Shown one piece after another: positions 1-11,578 of a stretch of DNA of 64,000 nucleotides. Position 1 is the stretch's first letter. Each line of letters starts with the position of its first letter. Under the pieces are notes generated by a model. It searched no databases, was not told the DNA's origin, and worked only from the letters and a program-made list of their open reading frames with translations. Source of the DNA: Carcharhinus amblyrhynchos (lineage: Eukaryota); assembly GCA_965287045.1 (NCBI GenBank), contig OZ336884.1, forward strand, positions 41,292,001-41,356,000, in the 5' to 3' direction. A program made the position numbers and the translations under genes.

Positions 1-789
1 GGAACTTGACATCATGATCTCTGTGGTAAACTTTATTAAGCAAAATCCTATATGGTGAAAAAGATTATTACACCACAAGCGATATCTGAGCTAATATTTT
101 ATGGCTTTGCATTGGACATAGTGAAGGGTATACACAGGGTTTGCCATAGTGAGCAGGACATAGCTTCTTGATAATACAACCAAAAGTCGGAGATGAGATT
201 AAGGTCATCGGCAGAAGCAATACATAGCTTCAGGTTGGAAAATTCCAATCAATATTTTCTCTCTCAATTTTTTACAATCTATGGCCATATTAAGATTCTA
301 TAATAAATGGCTTTACTACATACTGTAAGGAAATATTACTGAGGAAAAAATGATATTTTAATCAGATACAAAGCATTTTATTTGATTACAAGGTATTTGA
401 TGATACCTGGTTGTTACCTTTCCAGAAAATTAGACGTATATGGCTTGGATATTCAGTTACATGAATGCCAGCTTTGAGTGATAAACTCAGTAGTACAAGT
501 ATTTAGATTCTATTGTCCTCCCACAACCCCCCACCACCACCCCCCCCTACAAAAAATCTGAGTTTGTAACCAGTGGCTGGTGTTTACAAGTCAAATCTGA
601 TATTTCCACATTATGGAGCTTCTATTTTAAAAAAAAATTAAACTATGATATTTCCATCAGATATCTAAAGATTAATAATTCACGCATGACCGGCCTCAAA
701 GTTTTAAATGCAGGGCTTTGTTCCTGTGGTTGAAACAAATTCCTACATCTTAGACACACTTATGCAATCTTGTTACAAAATGTGCCATT

Positions 790-880
790 TTATGTCAGAG
801 GAACAAGAGACGGCTATTCAGTCCCTTGAGCTGTTTCTGCCATTCTATTAGATTATAGCTGACCCTCTACCTGAACTCTG
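790..880 (-). mobile_element. Degenerate CR1 3' tail fragment
   Basis: ggctattcagtcccttgagctg..ctgccattc..tagattatagctga resembles the CR1 tail at 22690-22755. Confidence 0.45.
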
Positions 881-2734
881 TTTGCAGCGAAGTATGCGTG
901 TGGAGTGTTCACTACAATCTGGGTTGAGCTTGCAGTCTGCTTAGAATTCTGTCAAGTGCTTTGGCTGGAATGGAAACAATTTCTCCCAGTTCAACTGGTC
1001 TTAGAGCCAGATGACAAACACACAGGGTTTGCCATTTAGCAACAGAGATACAAGTTATGGTTGATGGGTAGAATTATGGGGAGCATTCCATAACGTCAGG
1101 AAAATTATCATTGGAAGGATAATATCTCCTGACAAGCACACTTTAACCCTTAAAAATAACACAAATAACTTTGAAGCCTTGTTTAGTATATACATTTGCT
1201 ATTATTCAATGGCTCAATTCGTCTCCAAGTGCAGTATTGGATCGCAGTGTATACAACCTTACAAAAAAAAGACTATGTAGGTTAATGCCTAGTTACATTA
1301 TTCAATGATGTAATTTAAGATGAATATGTCAAGTATATTTGCAATAATATACAATGTAACTTTTCGGCTTTAGATTTTATACAACATTAAAGCAAATGTT
1401 AATATGTGACTGATAAATTCTATTGGATAACTTTATGCAAAACACACAAAACGTTTCTAACTACCTAATACAGACCTGCAGTGGTTTTAAACTCAAAGAT
1501 CAGATTTGAAACCAGTTTGCTTCAACATCTCCCAAATGTATATCTGTTCACACTTTTTCTTTCCAGCTCAGTTGACTCAAATTGGCTTCCCTGTATTCAC
1601 TGAAAGCAAATCAATATTGTATTTGTAACCATAGTACTTCACTACAATGATTTGAATTATTTTATTTATAATAGACCTAGCTCGCCATGTCTTTATTTTA
1701 AGGTCGCAACAGTATAGCCTCATCACTATACAATAGTATAGTGGTTTGCAGAATTACTTCAACAGTACTTTCTGTACAATTCACAACTGAACAAGGGCCT
1801 AACAAGTACCACTGAAATTTTGCCAGAGGGAAAGTCTGCTTTTTCAATGCTGGAAGAGAATCTTATTAATTATGGCTGCTATAAGGAACTCATCTAAGCA
1901 AAACATTAGCTGGTCACAAAGAGACCTCATATAATGGACATTATATCATTATCAGATAATTGAGCAATATCATTCAGAAGAACATCAATGCCACAAGATT
2001 GTATTGAATCTTGAACCAATCAAGCAATTTCTTTCCGCTCATATTTTCATTTGAGTAGCAATCTCTCTGTTCTTTTGTATTATGTTAAAAACTACTTCCT
2101 CAAAATTCTCCCACCTCAAAATAACAAAGCCTAGAGATGGTTAGGGAGGTGGTGATTGTTTGAAAAATGAAAGTCTGCTAGTTGGATGACCATATTTTTT
2201 CATCAAGTATCCTTCGCACCCTGCAATCTATATGGACAAAATTGCTTTGTCAAACCACTGCCCTATGTAGGCTGTGTTCAATAAAGAGACACTTTACCTG
2301 ATTGATTTAAAAACATAGGAAAAATAATTCTGAATAAGATTTCGTTTTAATTTTTCCTCCATCCTTAAAGTTATAAAGCCAGTGCTCAGAACAGACCAAG
2401 CAAATCCAAATCCACTCCTTGCTTGCTACAGAAACCAAATTCAAATTCCAACTGAATCCAATTCATGGTCCCCACAAATATAAAGATGGACGAAGCAAGA
2501 TGGGCCTCAACTGAAACTTTGGGATGTGTGTCAGATAAAATGTGCAATTGAGAATTAATCCGTTACTCATTGTGCGACATAATATGCATAAAACATAGAT
2601 TAAGATGATGTTGCAGATATAAACCACCGATTGGAAAGTAGCTTATTCATGGTCAAAGAAGATGATGCCAGCAAAAAAAATTGCATCATTTCAGAACCGT
2701 GAATGTTATAGGTGGTCATCTGGGGTGGTCCATC

Positions 2735-3097
2735 AACTTGATCACAACCTTCAAGATCTTGAGGGGTCTTGGCAAAGGGGATGTGGAGCGGATGCTTCCT
2801 CTTGTGGGAAAAACTAGGACTAGGGAGTCACTGTTTAAAAATAAGGGCTCACTCAGTTATTAATGATATAAGGAGAAATTTTTTCCCTCAGGAGATCGCG
2901 AGTGTTTAGAACTCTTCTTGGAAGCAGGGTCTTTGAATATTTTCAAGGCAGACTAGACAGACTCTTGATTAGCAAGGTGTGGAAGGATATCCACCATAGA
3001 CAAGAATGTGGGTTGAAGTTACTATCAGACCAGCCATGATCTTATTGAACGGTGAAGCAGGTCCACGGGGTTGAATAGTCCAATACGTATGTTTGTA
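2735..3097 (+). mobile_element. Old CR1 LINE 3' end
   Basis: ORF fragment LITTFKILRGLGKGDVERMLPLVGKTRTR (CR1 ORF2 C-terminus), then ccatgatcttattgaacggtgaagcagg tail. Confidence 0.75.
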
Positions 3098-3907
3098 CTG
3101 TGTCTGCACTGGAACTTTGCTATGCTGATTTCTCTTCATTACCCTGCATCTCCCACTTATTTATCAAATTCTAACTTAAAACATGAAATAGCTTTGCCCC
3201 TACCATGCAAAGTGTTTTGTGCTCCAACAATACTGTTTGGAATTTCTCCAAAACCCTCTCCTTAAATGGTTAGTACTGAGATATTACTTTGTAAATGGTC
3301 GTGGATCCGACCACTGGAATTATTTACTTCCCAAATTACCTCAACAAAGCTTTATATTTTAAAAATCTTCTTGGTCTTTGGTTCCAATGGGAGTCTTTTC
3401 TCTTGACCATTTTTTCCCATTCTTGGCACTATCCTGATGAATCAATGGTGCAATTAGTCATGAAATAAGATTTGATGTTTTTTTCTGAACTTAAACAAAC
3501 ATAAAAATATTATGTCAATAATAGTTTTAATCTAATTTCTTCTAAAACATATCTATCAATCTGATGGAGCAAACAAAAATTTGTATTTTCTCTAGAGGTA
3601 TACGTACACAGCGTTTTGCATTGATACAGTAGGATTCCTTCTTGCACAGATGCTAAAGTGAAGGTTAAACCCAATCAGGTTTGACGCTGCGTGGATGTGT
3701 AAATATATTGTGGAATCAATCCTGATTGATCAAGGGGATGCCTGTTGGATTATAAATGTTTTATCGACAGGGAGAATGCTCTGCTCATGTTTACTCCTGG
3801 ACATGCAAATGGTATCACAGTTAAAGTTCTCACAATATAACTGCCAGGTTGGGACCAGAGCTACAATCAGAAACTGGCAGCTATGATGCACTTCACCTTG
3901 AGGGCTA

Positions 3908-4250
3908 TATGGTGGCTCATTCATTAGCACTGCTGTCTCTTCGTGCCAGGGACCCAGATTCAATTCCAGTCTTGTGGAGTTTGTATGTTTTCCCCATGTC
4001 AACATGCGTTTCCTCCGCATGCTCCAGTTTCCTCCTACAGTCCAAAGATACGTGGATTAGGTGGATTGGCCCGTGCTAAATTGTCCCCTAACGTCCCGAG
4101 GTGTGTAGGTGAGATGGATTAGCTATGGTAAGTGTATGGAGTTACAGGGATAAGGTGGGGGAGAGCAGCTAGGTAAGATACTCTGTCAGAGTGTCGGTAC
4201 ACACTCAATGGACCGAATAGCCTCCTCTGCACCATAGGGATCCTGTGATT
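3908..4250 (+). mobile_element. HE1-type tRNA-derived V-SINE with CR1/HER1-type tail
   Basis: ttagcactgctg...gggacccagattcaattcc head; gtttcctcc..gctccagtttcctcctacagtccaaaga V-domain; cctcctctgcaccataggga tail. Confidence 0.85.
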
Positions 4251-5104
4251 TAGTGCTTTGCCAAGAGATACTCGAGTGACATTAGAAAATTTTTACAGGA
4301 AACTTTATTTCAGTGGGGCCCAAGAAAAAAGACAGCAATAATCAGAAAGCCACAAATCAGTGCTTTAAATGATTATACAGGTAAGTTCCAAAAATCTTAA
4401 AGAGAAAGATTTATTAAAATATTCCAGATACCCAGATCATTATCAAGGTCTTATTATGGCGGACTATTGTCATTGTCAGCTGTCATTGTGGATATTGCTT
4501 CACAATTCAAGTAGTGTCTGCTTCCTGAAGAACTGAAGAAACATTTCAATCATTAAAAGCACGGTGCCAAAAATTCAAGCACATCGTGTTCAGACAGTAA
4601 CCTTAAGGCTATGCATATTTTCCACTTGAAAGCTAATTAATCAGGCCAACTCAACCGAAAACCATTTTGAGATGTACCATATGTAAATTACATAATTGGC
4701 TCCTGCTTTGTCCTGCCTCTTACCGCTGTCCTGAAGGCTGGTGACCGCTGCTAATTAAAACCAAGAATCCTTACATTTTGCTCATCAGAATAATCCACAT
4801 GACAATTTGTTGCAATAATTAAAACCATGCAGCATCCAGATTGCCAACCAGAGCTTCCAGTTAGTGAGGATCAAACATGTTTATAGGTGCTCTATTTCAT
4901 TCAGATGGAAGTTTCAGCAAGAACTTCACTCCAGCCATATGTCAGTGTAAGATCCTGCGGAGTCTTCAACCATCACTAGCTGGCATTAGAGTGCTATTTC
5001 AATGCCTGATCCACTGACATTTCCTTGTCATATTCTTGTGCATGGAATGGACAGTTGCTGCAGCGCAAAATCTCTTTTCATTCTTTCACAAAACATGATC
5101 AGTT

Positions 5105-5240
5105 AAAGGTCAGCATTTATTTCCCATCCCTAATTGCCCTCTGGAAGGCGACACTGATCCGCCTTCTTGAACTGCTGCCATCCATGTGTGTAGATGCATC
5201 CACATTGCCATTAATGAGGGACTTTTAGGATTCTGAATCT
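5105..5240 (-). mobile_element. 3' end of the LINE family sharing its tail with DeuSINEs (L2/CR1-like)
   Basis: cagcatttatttcccatccctaattgccct..ccgccttcttgaactgctgc matches the reverse complement of the tails at 50620-50770 and 56840-56990. Confidence 0.6.
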
Positions 5241-6404
5241 GTGAAAATAAATGGAACTGTTGCATAAGGAGGAATTCTCCCAATACCTGCCAGTATGTTT
5301 GATGGCGGAAGTGGGAGAGAATATGGTACCAGCATGAATTTATATCAGGATCTTCTGCTGGTGCCCGCCATGGCAGGTCGGAAAACCTGCTGGAGACTAG
5401 CATGAGTCTCCTTTTCATTCCGCTAATGGGATGCAGATGCAGGCTCGATTTCCCCATGCCTTATTCTCCATGGTGCCAGTCTGAAACACGTTGGCATGAA
5501 ACACATGAGGAACAATGTGCGTGCAGATGTCAGGACTCATCTGAATAATGCCTGGGGCTGCCTCCAGTGTACAGGATGTAGACCGCCTGCAATCCTGGAC
5601 TCTGGAACACCACAGCAGTGAGTCGGGGGAAACATCTGCAGGTGGACTTTCCAGATTAAGTGTCCTGGAGCAGTTGGGGGGAGGGTGGTGGGCAGGTTCC
5701 ACCTTCCAGCCTCAGAATGCTCCTGGAGATCCATCTTCATTTCCAGGTGATTCAGTTTCTTTCTTCAAGTCTGAGTCAGTGATATGGCACCCGGACACAA
5801 TCCAGGTTTGCCTTGTTACAGAATACACCATAAAACACCTGGATGCTCAATTACTGAGATTGGTGCTAGAAGATTTGGTGCATTTTTCCACCGGCTGCCA
5901 CAGCGAGAAACACTCCACATTCCCAACCCCAGGAGGCCTAGGTGAGTGCGTGATTATCACAAGTTATAGGTAGCCTGCACCTTTCGAAGGAGAGTTTCTT
6001 GCTGGAGACAGAATGTGGTGAGAAGTTCTCCATTAAAAACTTCCCATAAGGAACAAAGGGGATAAAGACAGCCACAAACCAGAGGGAGGTTTTCTGGTTT
6101 GGATTGGAGGCCTTAGTCCAGGTGGTGGAAATGAGGTGGTAAAGTTTTCACAGAAGAACAAGACACCCTCAAGACAGATACTGGAATCTGAGTACACAGC
6201 CATGGAGGTCAATTCAAAAGTCCAGCCCCAAGGACCTAGTTTGCTGTGTCTTAAAAAGTTTAATGACATTACATGCGTGGTCAGAATCAATGAATGCGTC
6301 TTCAAATGCCATCACCTACCAATGGCACCACCAACCTCACATGCTACTCAATGCATTATTCTGCCATCACCCAACATTCAGCAAGCTCTGGCAATAAGGA
6401 CACA

Positions 6405-6985
6405 TGATGTGGAGATGCTGATGTTGGACTGGGGTCTCACAACACCAGGTTAAAGTCCAACAGGTTTATTTGGTAGTAAACACACAAGCTTTCGGGGCTC
6501 TGCCCCTTCGTCAGATGAGTGGAGAGCTCTGATCACAGAGTTCTGATCATATAAAGGCACAGTTTACTGAATACTGATTAGAATGCGAGTCTTTACAGGT
6601 AGTCAGCTAATCAAATCCTAAAGATGCAGACAATGTGAGTGGACTTAGCATTAAGCATAGGTTAAAGAGATGTGTATTGTCCCCAGACAGGACAGTAAGT
6701 AAGATGTAGCAAGCCCAGGAAAGTCATGGGGGTTACAGATGGTGTGACATGAACCCAAGATCCTGGTTGAGACCGTCCTCATGTGTGTGGAACTTGGCTA
6801 TCAGCTTCTGCTCAGTGACTCTGCGCTGTCGTATGTCGTGAAGGCCGTCTTGGAGAACGCTTACCCGAAGATCAGAGGCCGAATGCCCGTGACCGCAGAA
6901 GCGTTCGCCAACAGGAAGGGAACAGTTTCACCTGATGATTGTCGAGCGGTGTTCATTCATCTGTTGTTGTAGCGTCTGCATGGTC
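6405..6985 (-). mobile_element. Penelope-like element 3' end (GIY-YIG endonuclease C-terminus plus terminal repeat region)
   Basis: Minus translation TMQTLQQQMNEHRSTIIR*NCSLPVGERFCGHGHSASDLRVSVLQDGLHDIRQRRVTEQKLIAKFHTHEDGLNQDLGF is typical of PLE GIY-YIG C-termini. Followed by aataaacctgttggactttaacctggtgttgtgag. Confidence 0.85.
6481..6520 (-). ncRNA. Minimal hammerhead ribozyme-like motif in the Penelope-like terminal repeat
   Basis: Minus strand CUGACGA-A-GGGGC-AGA-GCCCC-GAAA-GCUU-GUG: CUGANGA core, 5-bp stem II, GAAA, palindromic AAGCUU. Confidence 0.6.
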
Positions 6986-9064
6986 ATAACAGTTAAAATT
7001 GTCGAGGGGTGTTCATTTAGTGTTGTTGTGAGACTTCTTACTAATAAGGACACATGCATAACATTCATAGTCTCCACCTTACTCCCCCATTCCCTTATCA
7101 CTGACAGAGGCCTGCATTTCACAGCTTGTACATACATACTTGTAGCTGTTCACCCATGAAACATAGACAAGTGCATTGCTCTCATTGATTTTCTTCTTCT
7201 CGTTTGCAGGAAAAGGTGACATATCACAGACAAGAGACACAGAGACCCTGCAGTGGCCATTCACATCTGCACTCTTGGGCCCCTAAAAGGTGATGGTGTT
7301 GTGAATTATTGGAATGGTTTTGACTCTTGTAATGACCATCATCAAGAACATCAAGAACATTGCTTTCCGGCAATCAAGTGCAAGCTGCAGATAATCTGCT
7401 CAGAGGTCTCTTGCTTCAAACTCCAGACCTGACAGTTGGGTTGTGTACAATTGTATATAGGCTTGGAGACACATTCCAACATGAAGGGTGGTCTTCGTGG
7501 GGTCCTGACAGTGGAATGTCAGTGGTTTCCTTCATAATTTTGTTGGTTGCAGAATGGCTTCTGATGCAAGCATTCTGTCCCTGATCTCAAGTGACAAAGG
7601 AGACCAGTCAGCCAGGTGGAGAGAGGGTTGTCCTAGTCACCAAATGACCACCCCCTGAACCATTACTGTAACTCAAAAATACAGCAAGATTTGTTGACTG
7701 GTAAAAGTATCACAGCCACCTCAGACACTGCTCAATTAACCAAGACAGGGATAGGAGAAATTCTGTCCGAGTGGTCTTCTGCTGAGTGTTCCTCCTGCTG
7801 CTCTCTTTGTGTATTGCCTATGCTTCATTTCTCTGTCATGTTGCAACTTCAGCAGTGCAGGAAGGGCTGCAACCATAGTCAGCAGGAGTATTGATAGAGT
7901 TTCTGACCAGAGGCTTTGAAATTCCACTGAACTTGGAAAGATCCAGCACCTCTCGCTTCTGACGTTTCCTCCAATGATATAGTATACATTATGTCCACAA
8001 ACCCATCTTAAGCACAAGAATGTCAACTAGGTGAAGGAACTGATGTTTGCATAGAGCTGATTGCCTGACAAATTAAGTTATCTACTATTGTTTCTATTGT
8101 TTCTCAAGGAGACACTCTAGCCCTTTGGTGGCTAGGCTTGAACTAATACCCCATTGCACCAATCTAAGTGGAAGTAAATGAGTTATGACAATGATACATC
8201 ACATTCTACTTGCCATTTAGTGCCAGAGATTTGAAGAGGACCTCTGAAAAATATTGGAGACTTTGGCTTCCAGTGGAGAGCCAATGAGTCAGATTGTCAG
8301 TTCACTCCTAATAACTGACCATAAAATGCAGCTGCTCCTACCTCGCCTGACCTTCCCACTCAAGCAAGGTGAGGTCATGCGAGTGCAGCAAATTCTTAAG
8401 GCCTGGAGTCAAGAGCAGCTCAGCCAGGCAAAAAAGCTATGCCATAAAACAGGTACCTTTAAAGAGGTCCAGCCACTTTTGCCAAGCCAGAGGGTGGGGT
8501 GAAGGTGTGGTTTGGTTAGTACAAATGTTATCAAAAGTTAGAACTGGTTTTATTTCTTTTCCTCTAACATTTTTCTAGATAATTGTTGCTGTATGACAGT
8601 TGGAATCACCCAAAGTTTGCAATTTAATATGCATCATTTCATGCTGCAGGGTAATTTCCCAAAGGAAGCTCAAACTTCTTGCCCCCCTCAAGCTCCCCAC
8701 CCCCCCAACAACTCCACCTGTGCTCCCCCTGTGTCCCTAAGCCATCCTGAAACCTCCTGTTGTGACTCAGCCAGTCCACTACATACCTTCAGTGAAAGTG
8801 CATGCTTGGAACCCTCATATATCGTCCTATGAAAATCCTAATCAGTGCTTGAGTGCTAAATCTGCAAGTGGATTTAGAGTTTCCGAATGGCAGATTAATT
8901 AATTTCAGAATCATCTTTAAGGAGTGTGGTGCAAGTGGAGAAAGATGGGGGTTATGGACCCCACACTTGTAAACCGAGGCTAATGCATTGAGATAAACAG
9001 AAACAGAAAGTAACTTTCCAAAGGGATAGTGAAAAGAGCAATTGGGAGGTTTCATTGTGGAACA

Positions 9065-9186
9065 GTAATTAGGTTGAGGGAAGGTTTAATAGAGTTGTTC
9101 AAAATCATGAGGAGGTTTGGACACAGTATTTAGGGAGGAACTGCTCCCATTGATGGAAGGATTAAGAACCAGAGACAGTAGCTCAA
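9065..9186 (+). mobile_element. Old CR1 3' region, left part (resumes at ~9507-9530 and 11340-11578)
   Basis: aggttgagggaaggtttaatagagttgttcaaaatcatga... CR1 ORF2 C-terminal DNA, split by a SINE and a young CR1. Confidence 0.65.
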
Positions 9187-9506
9187 GGGCAGCATGTTAA
9201 CACAGTGGCTAGCACTGCTGCCTCATAGTGCCAGGAACAGGGGCTTAATTCTAGCTTCGAGTCACTTTCTGTGTGCAGTTTACACATTGGACTGTGGGAG
9301 AAAACTGTAGCACCCAGAGGAAACACACGCAGACCAGGGACAAAGATGAGTGGATTAGATGGATTGACCATGATAAATTGCCCCTTAGTGTTGGGGGGAT
9401 TGACAGGGTAAATATGTGAGGTTATGGGGATGGGGCCTGGGTGGGATTGTTGTGGTGCAGACTCGATGGGCTGAATAGCCTCCTTCTGCACTGTAAGGTT
9501 CCTATA
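9187..9506 (+). mobile_element. HE1-type SINE with a locally inverted internal segment
   Basis: gggcagcatg..acagtggctagcactgctgcctca head and ctgcactgtaagg tail on +. 9285-9335 (tggactgtgggagaaaactgtagcacccagaggaaac) is the V-domain in the opposite orientation. Confidence 0.75.
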
Positions 9507-9530
9507 ATTGGCAAACGAAGCAATGGCGAC

Positions 9531-11340
9531 AAAGAACAAAGAACAAAGAATAAAGAACAAAGAACAACGCAGCACGGGAAACAGGCCCTTCGGCCCAACG
9601 AGCCCGCGCCGCCGCATCCTCCTACACCTACCCTGCCCTGTGTGTATGTGAATGGAACCCCTAATGTAGCCAGATTCAGGGGAGAATAGTGTCAATTTGG
9701 TAAAACCAATCAGCCTAAGAGCACATCTTTGGGGTGTGGGAGGAAACCGGAGCGCCCGGAGGAAACCCACGCAACCACAGGGAGAATGCGCAAACTCCCA
9801 CAGACGCAGGCCCAAATCCATGTATCTGCACAGCTAGCAGTGCTAGTCACCGAGCTGTTGTGGTGCCCGTCTACCGGTCCAGGATTAAGCACACACAACG
9901 ACGCGAAGTACTAGGCCACTCTCGGAACCTCCAAGAGCAGCCCACGCACGACCCACCGTGTGCATGCCCCTCGTTTGACAACAAGGTGGACCGACACCTG
10001 TGGAATAAAAAGACAAAATATTAACATGTAATACTACATTTCCGGTGTTGTCCCGAGGCTCTGACCCTTTTTAATACCGTCTACTATAACCCTCCTTCCC
10101 TGTTTCGCTCATGTGTCTATCTAAGTAAACCTTAAACAAGTCCAACGTGCCTGCCTCCACCACCTTACTTGGTAGCGCGTTCCATACCCCCACGACCCTC
10201 TGCGTGAAAAACCTTCCTCTCATATCCAAATTATACTTCTCCCCCCTCACCCTTAGATCATGACCTCTCGTAATTGTCCCCAATCTAGGGAAAAGCCTAC
10301 CACTGTTGACTCTATCTATTCCCTTCATTATTTTATACACCTCTCTCAGATCCCCCCTTAATCTGTCTTTCTAAGGAGAAGAGCCCCAGTTTCTCCAACC
10401 TTTCCTCGTAACTCAGTCCTTCCATGCCAGGCAACATCCTGGTAAACCTCCTCTGCACCCTCCCCAGGGTCTCCACGTCCTTCCGGTAGTAAGGTGACCA
10501 GAACTGGACGCAGTACTCCAAATGTGGTCTAACCAATGTTCTGTACAACTGAAGCATTAGACGGCAGCTCTTATACTCTATAGCCCTTCCTATAAAGGCT
10601 AGCATTCCATAAGCTTTCTTCACAACCTTCTCTACCTGTGTTGACACCTTCAGAGACTTCTGCACCTGCACTCCCAGGTCCCTCTGTATTTCTATACTCT
10701 TAATCAGTCTACCTTTTATCACATAGCTCCTCCCTGCATTATTCCTTCCAAAATGCATCACCTCGCATTTGTCAGGATTAAATTCCATCTGTCATCTATC
10801 TGCCCAATATACCAACTTATCTATATCCTGCTGTGTCACCTGACAGTCCTCCTCAGTATCTGCCAATCCTGCCATCTTGGTGTCATCCGCAAACTTGCTG
10901 ATCACACCACGTACGCTCTCTTCCAAGTCGTTTATATATACTACAAAGAGGAGAGGTCCCAGTACTGAGCCCTGCGGCACACCACTGGTGACTGACCTCC
11001 AGCCAGAAAAGGACCCTTCCACTACTACTCTCTGTCTCCTATTGCCCAGCCAGTTTTCAATCCATCTATCCACCTGTCCTTGTATCCCATGTGCCTTAAC
11101 CTTTTCTACCAGCCTACCATGAGGGACTTTGTCAAACGCCTTACTGAAATCCATATATATAACATCAACGGCTTGCCCATCGTCAACCGTTTTTGTCACC
11201 TCCTCGAAGAATTCTACCAGATTCATAAGGCAAGACCTCCCCAGAACAAAGCCATGTTGCGTATCCCTAATCAGATCGCAACGCTCCAAATGCTCATACG
11301 TCCTATCCCTAAGAATTTTTTCCAATAATTTTCCTACCAA
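9531..11340 (-). mobile_element. Young 5'-truncated CR1 (HER1-like) LINE: RT and C-terminus with two frameshifts, ~540-bp extended 3' UTR, (TTGTTCT)n tail
   Basis: ORFs 10792-11340 (QHGF, DFSKAFDKVPH, GVPQGSVLGP, FADDTK), 10333-10788 and 10071-10340. Tail aaagaac repeats at 9531-9566. CpGs retained. Confidence 0.95.
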
Positions 11341-11578
11341 CGTGGAGAAACATTTTCACACAGTGCTAGAACATGGAATACACTGGCTAAGAATGTGTCG
11401 GAGGCAGATTCATTTGTAGATGAATTGGATCATTACCTGACGAGAAAAATATTTCAGAGTTCTGGGGAAAAGACCAGGAATTGGCACTTGACGAACTACT
11501 CCTGCAGACAGCCAGTACAGGTGTGACAGGCTGAATAGCCTCCTTTGTTGCTGTAACCATTTTGATTCTATTCTATGA
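11340..11578 (+). mobile_element. Old CR1 3' end, right part
   Basis: gagaaacattttcacacagtg..tggaatacactg..gaggcagattca..ggctgaatagcctccttt..tgattctattctat. Confidence 0.7.

Larger units (their letters stand above)
6040..7300 (+). mobile_element. Probable degenerate Harbinger/PIF Myb/SANT-like gene remnant (two exons; intron interrupted by a Penelope-like element)
   Basis: ...AMEVNSKVQPQGPSLLCLKKFNDITCVVR resembles the Myb/SANT-like C.KKFNDL motif. Next exon follows a strong acceptor ttttcttcttctcgtttgcag at ~7209 and reads EKVTYHRQETQRPCSG (cf. K.AHNRRE..TGGG). Family assignment is inference. Confidence 0.5.

Noticed and set aside
9183-9821. 212-aa ORF, and many similar 60-120-aa ORFs, as novel proteins
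   Set aside because: They are translations of SINE and LINE-UTR sequence, recurring wherever HE1 copies occur.
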